DNA of 64,000 nt from Candidatus Micrarchaeia archaeon (GTDB lineage: Archaea; Micrarchaeota; Micrarchaeia; CABMEP01), in the NCBI GenBank assembly GCA_038880755.1, contig JAVZRC010000001.1:8791-72790 (forward strand), written 5' to 3'. The translations under genes were made by a program, and so were the position numbers. The notes beneath the pieces were generated by a model. That model worked only from the letters and a program-made list of their open reading frames with translations, was not told where the DNA came from and made no database searches. Below, piece by piece: positions 56,983 through 64,000 of the stretch (position 1 is the first letter of the stretch; each line of letters opens with the position of its first letter).

Positions 56983-58296
56983 TTATAATCCAAGAAGAAT
57001 TGCAATTGCAACTATAGCAACGGCTGCTACAACAAATAAACCTACAAATATCTGGAATTCATTAGGGAGACTTTCTATACTGGTATACTTCTCAGAAAAA
57101 CTTTGTTCTATATGTACTCTTTCAAATGAAATTTCGGTTTTATTGTACTCTGTTAAAAATGTATTTGGAAATGTATATTTAATATTAGGACTAAGAGGTG
57201 GGAGTCTTAGATTGAATTCCATTTGATATATTTTTTTAGGTCCTAATATGATCTGTCTTGAACAATCAGAACATTCTACAGATAAAGGCGGAATAAAAAC
57301 AGCATTTACAAAGATAGGGGATTCTTCTTTATTCATAATTTTAATTAATGTTGGTTGATTTTGATCTAATGGGGGTTGCGGTGAAAATATTATATCTATA
57401 CTAAGAGGGTCTTCTTCAGTATAATTAATTATATCTATATTTACGGTCTCTTCTAAAGATATATGTTTTCCTTCTTTTGAGAAGGCACTTATAGAGTCAT
57501 GCAAGACAGATATATCTTCTCCAGTTCCAGTTCTTACTCTTAATGCATTTAGATTCATGAATTGATTATGCGTCGGATCAATTTCAATCCATCCATAATC
57601 AGGTACATATGTTTCAGTCCATGCATGTGGTATCCATTTTCTGTCAACATATACATAACCGATTATTATGCGTGTCGAATAATTTTTAGCCCTTGCCATC
57701 GCAGCAAAAAGATTTGAAAGTTCATCACATACACCAGTTCTTTTTTCAAAAACCCAATCAGAAGGCATATTTGCAGTAGTTATATCATCTATAGTAACAT
57801 CAGTGTAAGAAGCATTATATTTTATATTTTTGAAAACCCAATTTTGCATATCATATAAGTCATAAGGTTTTTCTGAAACGAATATAGAAGTAAAATTTCT
57901 TATTTTCTCATTTATAACAATATTTTCCGTTTCATCTATATATTTTTTCTTTAGATTATTAATCTCATTTCTTTTGATATAATCAGTTTGAATTATAAAA
58001 TTAGCAGTTATTCTTTTAGACCTTACACCATTGAATTCAAACCTTATTTTTGATTCTGTTCCCTCAACAATTTTATATGGGTCAGAAAAAGTTGCATTTA
58101 GTATTTTTTGATTAGGTGAGTTTGTTGGGATAGTGACATCAAGAATTCCATTTTCAAGCACTCCATCTCCAATAATGTCCCAAATCATAGTTACATTAAG
58201 TAGTGCTTTTGTTGGCTTTGCGTGTATTAGCGTTAATAGTGAAAGCAAGAAAATAGTAAGTAATGCATATTTGTTACATTGCCTAGAAATGTGCAT
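56983..58296 (-). CDS. transglutaminase-like cysteine protease domain protein, secreted with C-terminal TM anchor
   Basis: Signal peptide. Cys-His-Asp triad contexts GVCDELSNLFAAMARA, IPHAWTETYV and IEIDPTHN. C-terminal TM IFVGLFVVAAVAIVAIAILLGL. Confidence 0.65.
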   Translation of the reverse strand: MHISRQCNKYALLTIFLLSLLTLIHAKPTKALLNVTMIWDIIGDGVLENGILDVTIPTNSPNQKILNATFSDPYKIVEGTESKIRFEFNGVRSKRITANFIIQTDYIKRNEINNLKKKYIDETENIVINEKIRNFTSIFVSEKPYDLYDMQNWVFKNIKYNASYTDVTIDDITTANMPSDWVFEKRTGVCDELSNLFAAMARAKNYSTRIIIGYVYVDRKWIPHAWTETYVPDYGWIEIDPTHNQFMNLNALRVRTGTGEDISVLHDSISAFSKEGKHISLEETVNIDIINYTEEDPLSIDIIFSPQPPLDQNQPTLIKIMNKEESPIFVNAVFIPPLSVECSDCSRQIILGPKKIYQMEFNLRLPPLSPNIKYTFPNTFLTEYNKTEISFERVHIEQSFSEKYTSIESLPNEFQIFVGLFVVAAVAIVAIAILLGL

Positions 58297-58355
58297 AAAA
58301 TAATTATATAGAAAATTAATTAAATTTGTTTTATTTTAAAAATGATTAGATTATA

Positions 58356-58428
58356 TGCCGCGGGGCGGATTTGAACCACCAACCTTTCGGTCTTCAGCCG
58401 AATGCTCTCCCAATTGAGCTACCGCGGC
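58356..58428 (-). tRNA. tRNA-Phe (GAA)
   Basis: Reverse complement reads GCCGCGG-UA-GCUC-AAUUGGG-AGAGC, anticodon stem UUCGG/CCGAA with loop CUGAAGA, T-arm GGUGGUUCAAAUCCGCC, acceptor CCGCGGC-A. Confidence 0.85.
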
Positions 58429-58522
58429 GATTCCAATGAATATGTATTTATGTTGTTTAATCTTTAAATTATTTGCTATTTTAATTTCCACTACATTATT
58501 GAGATTAGTAAAAGCAAAGATG

Positions 58523-58903
58523 CTAAATAATATCTTCAATTCTTCGATTTATTTCTGTCATCCTTTTCTTTGTTATAGAATAAGATCTTTCATTTTTCTC
58601 AAGTTCAGCAAGATATGCAAAATACCATCCTTCATAAGGCATTTTCCAAGCGATTAAAGTTGTTATACCAGTATTTTCTTCCCATTTAGATAATGCTTCG
58701 AATTTTTCGTGATCTATTGCTATTCTATCGCTATTCCAAGCCTTGCATTCCATAGCATATTGTTTTCCACGTTTGAACAAAAGTATGTCTGGACTTATAG
58801 AGTTAACTCCACTTCCTGCAGATCTTATAACGCTATATCCTTTTTCTTCAAATATATGAATGAGTTCTCTTTCGTTTCTCGCTCCTTTTTTATATCTATA
58901 CAT
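58523..58903 (-). CDS. hjc: Holliday junction resolvase Hjc
   Basis: GARNERELIHIFEEKGYSVIRSAGSG…AMECKA pattern of archaeal Hjc (PD-(D/E)XK). Confidence 0.75.
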   Translation of the reverse strand: MYRYKKGARNERELIHIFEEKGYSVIRSAGSGVNSISPDILLFKRGKQYAMECKAWNSDRIAIDHEKFEALSKWEENTGITTLIAWKMPYEGWYFAYLAELEKNERSYSITKKRMTEINRRIEDII

Positions 58904-58997
58904 TTGACCATCTTCTTGATCGTAAATTATAGTATATTATCTTATAAGAGAGATTTATAAATTGTTATCTTAAATATAGATATTAGAATTGATTTAG

Positions 58998-59612
58998 GTG
59001 AGTGATTTTATGGCTGAGAATCAGGGACCAATAAAGAGATTGATAAAGATGTTAAAGGGAGAGAGACCCTCTATTCCTTTAGAAGCTGTCATGCAGAAAG
59101 GAGTAGTTGTTTTGGAATCGTCAAAGAGTGCATTAGATGCAGCAAAGGCTATGGAAAAAAATAAGATCGGTTCAGTAATTGTTGTAGAAAAGGGAAAGGC
59201 AATTGGAATTGTGACAGAAAGAGACCTTGTTAGGAGAGTATTGGCAGTAAAGAAAAAACCAACAATCAAGCTTAAACAGATTCTTTCTTCTCCATTAAGA
59301 GTTGCAAGACCAGAGCAGGATATACAAGAAGCAGTTTTGGCAATGAAGAAATATAAGATAAAGAAACTTGCTGTTGTGGACGGAGAAGGAAGGCTTGTAG
59401 GAATAGTAACAGATACTGACATCACGAGAACACTTCCAGGAATGATAGACATACTTCAGGAGATAGGCAATTACAATAGATTGGCTGAAGAGTCACAATC
59501 AGTAGGGATATGCCAAAAGTGTGGCCTCTATTCCGATTCTCTACAATATGTAAACGGAGAACTCATATGCGAAGAGTGTAGGGAACAGGAAGCAGAGGAA
59601 TATGAACAGTGA
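58998..59612 (+). CDS. CBS-pair domain protein with C-terminal zinc-ribbon (CxxC…CxxC)
   Basis: Two CBS motifs (GSVIVVEKGKAIGIVTERDL and KLAVVDGEGRLVGIVTDTDI). C-terminal CQKCG…CEEC. Confidence 0.7.
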   Translation: MSDFMAENQGPIKRLIKMLKGERPSIPLEAVMQKGVVVLESSKSALDAAKAMEKNKIGSVIVVEKGKAIGIVTERDLVRRVLAVKKKPTIKLKQILSSPLRVARPEQDIQEAVLAMKKYKIKKLAVVDGEGRLVGIVTDTDITRTLPGMIDILQEIGNYNRLAEESQSVGICQKCGLYSDSLQYVNGELICEECREQEAEEYEQ

Positions 59613-59777
59613 ATATAATATGTTAGTATCTCATATTCTTCTCTATTTTGACAAAAGTATGGATAAATTCTGTTATTGAGTTCATTGCAGATAAACTGAT
59701 TAAGATCAGGGCAGGAAGAAGAGAGGAAAGAGTGACATGTCCGTTATCTTTAAATACCTAAACTGAGAAGGATAATC

Positions 59778-60584
59778 ATGGCAGAAAGAGAGGAGAAGAT
59801 AATAAAGAAAGGAGAAAATAAGGAAGAAAAGAAACCTTCCTTATGGCAGAGAATGAAAAAACCATTAGCTGCAGGCCTATTAGGTGCTTCTTTACTTTTG
59901 CACCCTATGAAGAGGGTAGATGCAGTTGGATTTGCAAAGACAAGACAACCACCATTTTATGCATCTGAGGTAATAGAAAAGAAATACAATACAGGTTGGA
60001 AGCTTTTACTAAAAGTAGATAAAGATCAAAAAGGAGAAATTAATATAGATGATTCATTAGGGATAAAATTAACTGAATCCGCTATCAATTATTTTAAGAA
60101 AAAATATGAAGAAACAAAAGATCCAGATGCTCTTTACTTACAGTTATATGGTATTTATTCCTTAGCCATGTATCATCAAACATTTGAAGAAACAGAAAAA
60201 ACCTGCCTGGAAGCAATAAAAATAATAGATGAAAGACTAAAAGAAAAACCAGACTTTCACTTTATAGATCTCAAATTAATGATATATTACAATTTGGCAG
60301 TTGCATATTATAAGGGGTATATTAAGGATCCACGTGCTGTAGCTTGGGGACATGTTGATTTCTCCAAAATAGATTTCTATAAACAAAAATCAATCGAATA
60401 TTGTAATAAATACAACGAATATCTTGAAGAAGTAAAGAAAATCTGGGATAAAGTAGATTTATTTATTTTTAAAGACTTAGGGTATAATCAAAATGATGTA
60501 GAAGACACAAAAAATGTATTTATGAAACTTTATGAAGAAAAATATAAAGAAATTCAAACAATTTTAGATAAACTAAAAGAGTAA
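59778..60584 (+). CDS. hypothetical secreted/anchored protein
   Basis: Basic N-terminus, then hydrophobic PLAAGLLGASLLL, then a helical soluble domain. Confidence 0.4.
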   Translation: MAEREEKIIKKGENKEEKKPSLWQRMKKPLAAGLLGASLLLHPMKRVDAVGFAKTRQPPFYASEVIEKKYNTGWKLLLKVDKDQKGEINIDDSLGIKLTESAINYFKKKYEETKDPDALYLQLYGIYSLAMYHQTFEETEKTCLEAIKIIDERLKEKPDFHFIDLKLMIYYNLAVAYYKGYIKDPRAVAWGHVDFSKIDFYKQKSIEYCNKYNEYLEEVKKIWDKVDLFIFKDLGYNQNDVEDTKNVFMKLYEEKYKEIQTILDKLKE

Positions 60585-60614
60585 TTTTATAAATGTAAAT
60601 TATTAAATAAGTAC

Positions 60615-62606
60615 ATGAGTTTATTTTTGTTTCATGCAATTCCAAATGTTGAAGAACCAGGCAAACAATTCGAACAGACTTCTTCCCTTCCTCAACCCAA
60701 ATCCCTACAACAATCTCTTTCTTTCCAATTCCTTTCCTCAGTCACTTCTTCTCAACAAACTACAGAGCTAACTGAACTTCAGCATCTTATGCAACAGCAA
60801 CTCGAAGATCTTAAGCAATACCTTCAGATCATAGAGAAAAAAGATAAAGAAGAGATTGATACTAATTTATTATTGAACATACTGGAAAGAATAGAAGATG
60901 AATATGAAGAAATAAAGAAAAGAGAACAGGAAAGAGAAAAAGAATATGAAGAGCTTATTGAAAGAATCTATGAAAGAGAACAAAAAATAGAAGAGAAATT
61001 AGAACAAATACTGATTCCAGTTGAAGAAATAAAAGATCAAATTGAGAACGAGACAATCGTTGCTGAAAGCTTAAAACTTTATGAGATTGCAGAATTAGTC
61101 AAAGAAGAAAAGAAAGAAGAAATAAGAGAATTAGAAACAGAAGAAAGACTAAAAAAAGAAATCGAAGCAATGCAGAAGGAAATTGAAGAAATAAAAGCAA
61201 TAGGAAAGAGTGAAGAAGGAGTTGAGAATTCACTTCAAAAACTTAACAAATTCATCAAAGAAAAGCATTCTTTTGAGGAAAGAATCAACAAGATAAGTGA
61301 AATGCTTAATAAACTAAAAAGAGCTGGAATCTTTAACAAGGAAATATATGAATCATTCATAGATGAATTAAAAAGAATGCAGGAATTAGAAGAGCAAATA
61401 GTTAAAACAATCGAATCCATAATAAAAGAGACGGAAGTTACAAAAGAGAAAAAACCATCAACTGAAACAATTAGAGAAAAATTGTCTAAATTGGCAGACA
61501 AAATAAGAAAAGAAATATCTCTCCTACAGAGTCTTGCAAGCAGGATTGAAAAGATTAGAATAGAATTAGAAAAACAAACAGAAAAACAGATCTTAAAAGA
61601 GGTTAGGGAATCAAAACCAAAACTGATTTCTATTCAGAATCTTGAAACTATTTTGACAAAAGTATGGATAAATTCTGTTATTGAGTTCATTGCAGATAAA
61701 CTGATTAAGATCAGGGCAGGAAGAAGAGAGGAAAGAGAGGAAAGAGAAAGAGCAGGGAGAAAAGAAGTAAAAGAAGAGAGATACTGGGAAGAGAGACTGA
61801 AAGAGGTGGAAAAAGAAAGAAATGCTGATTTTGAAAGATTCAATAGAAAATTAAGAACTATGTTCAAACCAGAAGAATATAAAGAAATAATAAAGCATGC
61901 AAAGAAAAGTATTGTTGCATTTCTCAGGGGAATTGCAAATAACTGGTCTGAACGATGGTTAGAGCCGTTAGAATCAATAGAAGATATAAAAGGAATTAAG
62001 ATCGAAGAAAAAGGACTAAATATAATAATAGAAACTTTAAAGAGGAGGATCTCTTTCATTTCTATTTCTTCTTATGATATTCAAACAATGGAAAGAATAA
62101 TAAAAGAGAATTCTGATGCAGTGAATACACTAAATGCACTTATTGATTACATGGATGAAATAAGGATAAACGGAGTATTTAGAAAGATCCTTGTGAAAAA
62201 CATAAGAAAGTATAAAAATGGGGCAAAGCCATTGCTGTTTAAGAATTTATTGAATGAGTTGAATACAGTTAACGTTCCCACTCAAATAAGCAACACCTTC
62301 ATTCAGGCAGTGACGAGGAATAAGGAAAATATGATTGAGAAAGATAAGGAAGAAGAAAAAGTAAGAGGGAGTGAAACCAAAGAGAGGAACGAAATAGATA
62401 ATATAGTGAAGTTCATACTCTTTTATGTCTCGCTTCTTAATATGAGAAAAACAAGAGTCAGGAGCATTCTTTCTCAAATCAGTGATGAAAAAGACCAAAG
62501 AAAAGAGATCGCAACATTATATGCTAAACAGTGTGCTTTGATGAGACTTTATTCTTCAATCACTCTTTCAGAACTTAGACAAAGTACATTAGATTTGCAG
62601 TTTTAG
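60615..62606 (+). CDS. large K/E-rich coiled-coil protein, hypothetical
   Basis: 663 aa, mostly heptad-like E/K/I/L composition. Confidence 0.45.
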   Translation: MSLFLFHAIPNVEEPGKQFEQTSSLPQPKSLQQSLSFQFLSSVTSSQQTTELTELQHLMQQQLEDLKQYLQIIEKKDKEEIDTNLLLNILERIEDEYEEIKKREQEREKEYEELIERIYEREQKIEEKLEQILIPVEEIKDQIENETIVAESLKLYEIAELVKEEKKEEIRELETEERLKKEIEAMQKEIEEIKAIGKSEEGVENSLQKLNKFIKEKHSFEERINKISEMLNKLKRAGIFNKEIYESFIDELKRMQELEEQIVKTIESIIKETEVTKEKKPSTETIREKLSKLADKIRKEISLLQSLASRIEKIRIELEKQTEKQILKEVRESKPKLISIQNLETILTKVWINSVIEFIADKLIKIRAGRREEREERERAGRKEVKEERYWEERLKEVEKERNADFERFNRKLRTMFKPEEYKEIIKHAKKSIVAFLRGIANNWSERWLEPLESIEDIKGIKIEEKGLNIIIETLKRRISFISISSYDIQTMERIIKENSDAVNTLNALIDYMDEIRINGVFRKILVKNIRKYKNGAKPLLFKNLLNELNTVNVPTQISNTFIQAVTRNKENMIEKDKEEEKVRGSETKERNEIDNIVKFILFYVSLLNMRKTRVRSILSQISDEKDQRKEIATLYAKQCALMRLYSSITLSELRQSTLDLQF

Positions 62607-62653
62607 CCATTATTTGCTTTGTTCCAGATAAAGCTATTAAATCCGGTGTAAAG

Positions 62654-64000
62654 ATGAGTAAAAAGAGACTCAGTAAACAGCAAAATACAAATGAACAAAA
62701 CAGGAACGAAAAGATATATACGGATAGAAATGAAAATATAGATAAGAACAGCGAGATAAATACAGATAGAAATAAAGAAAGAGATAAAGTTAGGTATGGC
62801 TTTCTGAATAAGTTTTTGATTAAGTTTCTGAAGAAATACAATATCCCCTTTCACTCATTTTATATAGAACCTTCTGAATCTGAGAGTAAATTCAAGACTG
62901 ATTTGAAAGGAGTAGATCAAGAAAAGTTAGAGAAGATCGTACAAGAGAACAACGCATATCTCTCAATTTTAGAAACACTGATAGAAGATATAATATCCAA
63001 TGATGATGCAGAGACAATAAAATATGCTTTTGACTATGGAATTCTTGACGTTGATGCAAGATTTAAAGACGGAACCACCCCTCTTTTTAAGGCTTGCGTA
63101 TTGGGCAAATATAAAGTTGCAAAACAGCTAATTAAATTAGGTGCGGACGTTAATCTCACATCTGAAGGTTACACTCCATTATCTATTGCTTGCGGCGCTA
63201 ATCGTATAGACATAGTCAAACTTCTTCTTGAAAATGGAGCTAAGGTCAATTTCACTGAGCAGAAAATTACCCCGCTTGAAGTGGCAATAGCACAAAATAA
63301 TGTACAAATAGTTAAAATTCTGCTTGATAAAGGTGCAGATCCAAACCTTTTTTGCCTGCGACCGCCTTTATTTGCAGCTTGTGAAAGTGGAAACAAGGAA
63401 ATTATCAACCTACTTATAAGTCATGGTGCAAACATGAATATTCTTTATGCTCCATTCAGACCTATCACCGTAGACAATACAATCTCTCTTTTGTCATATA
63501 TGGTATACCTAGCAAAAGAAGATGTGATCAAATTACTTATTGATCATGGAATAGATCTCAATATTAAAAATGGAAACGGAATGACAGCCTTATCATATCT
63601 CTCTGTTCAATCTTACAGATATCTTAATGATAACACTATAAAAACATTGATTAAAAATAGGACAACTCCACCATCAAAAGAAGAATATAAAATCATGTTA
63701 TTTAGGATCGCAAAAGAATTGATTAAGGCAGGGGCAGACATCAATAGCGAAGATAACGATGGTTGGACGCCGCTAATGTTTGCTTGTAAATATGGTGAAG
63801 AACAACTTGTAAAATTATTTTTGAAAGCAGGTGCAGACCCTAATCATCGTTCAAAAGCAGGAACAACTCCACTATCTATAGCTGCAGTTAATAATCAGAT
63901 AGGTGTAATAAGGTTTTTAATCGAAGCAGGTGCAGATCCGAATATAACAAGTTCAACCGGAAAGACACCATTAATAAAAGCAACCGAAAAAGGTTATTTA
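62654..64000 (+). CDS. ankyrin-repeat protein (3' end beyond window)
   Basis: Open frame from the ATG at 62654 to the window end. At least 8 ankyrin repeats from about 63070, e.g. DGTTPLFKACVLGKYKVAKQLIKLGADVN, EGYTPLSIACGANRIDIVKLLLENGAKVN, DGWTPLMFACKYGEEQLVKLFLKAGADPN. Confidence 0.65.
   Translation, partial: MSKKRLSKQQNTNEQNRNEKIYTDRNENIDKNSEINTDRNKERDKVRYGFLNKFLIKFLKKYNIPFHSFYIEPSESESKFKTDLKGVDQEKLEKIVQENNAYLSILETLIEDIISNDDAETIKYAFDYGILDVDARFKDGTTPLFKACVLGKYKVAKQLIKLGADVNLTSEGYTPLSIACGANRIDIVKLLLENGAKVNFTEQKITPLEVAIAQNNVQIVKILLDKGADPNLFCLRPPLFAACESGNKEIINLLISHGANMNILYAPFRPITVDNTISLLSYMVYLAKEDVIKLLIDHGIDLNIKNGNGMTALSYLSVQSYRYLNDNTIKTLIKNRTTPPSKEEYKIMLFRIAKELIKAGADINSEDNDGWTPLMFACKYGEEQLVKLFLKAGADPNHRSKAGTTPLSIAAVNNQIGVIRFLIEAGADPNITSSTGKTPLIKATEKGYL

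Noticed and set aside
58351-58539. 62-aa minus-strand ORF
   Set aside because: It overlaps tRNA-Phe (58356-58428). The translated peptide is simply the tRNA read as codons.
62575-62854. Two minus-strand ORFs (88 and 83 aa) that look like hydrophobic membrane peptides
   Set aside because: They overlap the 5' part of the long ankyrin ORF and the end of the coiled-coil gene. They are hydrophobic because they are the antisense of an AT-rich K/N/E-rich coding region.
1-64000. CRISPR arrays, integrases, transposases or prophage genes that would mark the 25-45 kb block as a mobile element
   Set aside because: No direct-repeat/spacer arrays, no tyrosine or serine recombinase, no transposase DDE motifs and no capsid or terminase-like proteins were found by eye. 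The block is therefore treated as a chromosomal accessory cluster rather than an integrated element.

Overview
This is an AT-rich archaeal chromosomal window, and the gene content fits a DPANN/Nanoarchaeota-like lineage. Archaeal hallmarks include ribosomal proteins L31e, L39e, S19e, L21e, S6e, L24e, S28e and L7Ae, plus eIF6, eIF2-gamma, TFE, RpoK, RpoF, RNase P Rpp21, Pus10, class-I LysRS, Hjc, Orc1/Cdc6 and a Sec61-beta gene. RNA genes are one intron-containing tRNA with an apparent UAU anticodon, three other tRNAs and a stand-alone 5S rRNA. Most of the window is conserved housekeeping, including the classic ftsY-pfdA-LX-eIF6-L31e-L39e-S19e neighbourhood.

The candidate novel system is a roughly 20-kb accessory block at about 24.9–45.7 kb. 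It contains a tightly packed tandem array of six paralogous polytopic membrane proteins that share a strongly conserved 'LPxGLILRxFPxTRGAGA…AIxxGFxIxxP' helix and a conserved extreme C-terminal 'GGExxxSGLxRxI' tail. Upstream, on the opposite strand, is a 1038-aa bitopic coiled-coil protein. Downstream is a 2791-aa cysteine-rich putative lipoprotein carrying about 15 tandem 'CxxDSDCPxGxxC' EGF-like modules. I could not assign this block to any known secretion, pilus or S-layer system and propose it as a candidate new cell-surface or host-interaction apparatus.

Other notable items are a single-repeat TBP-like gene, a full-length bacterial-type RelA/SpoT (p)ppGpp enzyme, an IspE-like kinase, an ankyrin-repeat protein and a SemiSWEET-like mini-transporter.
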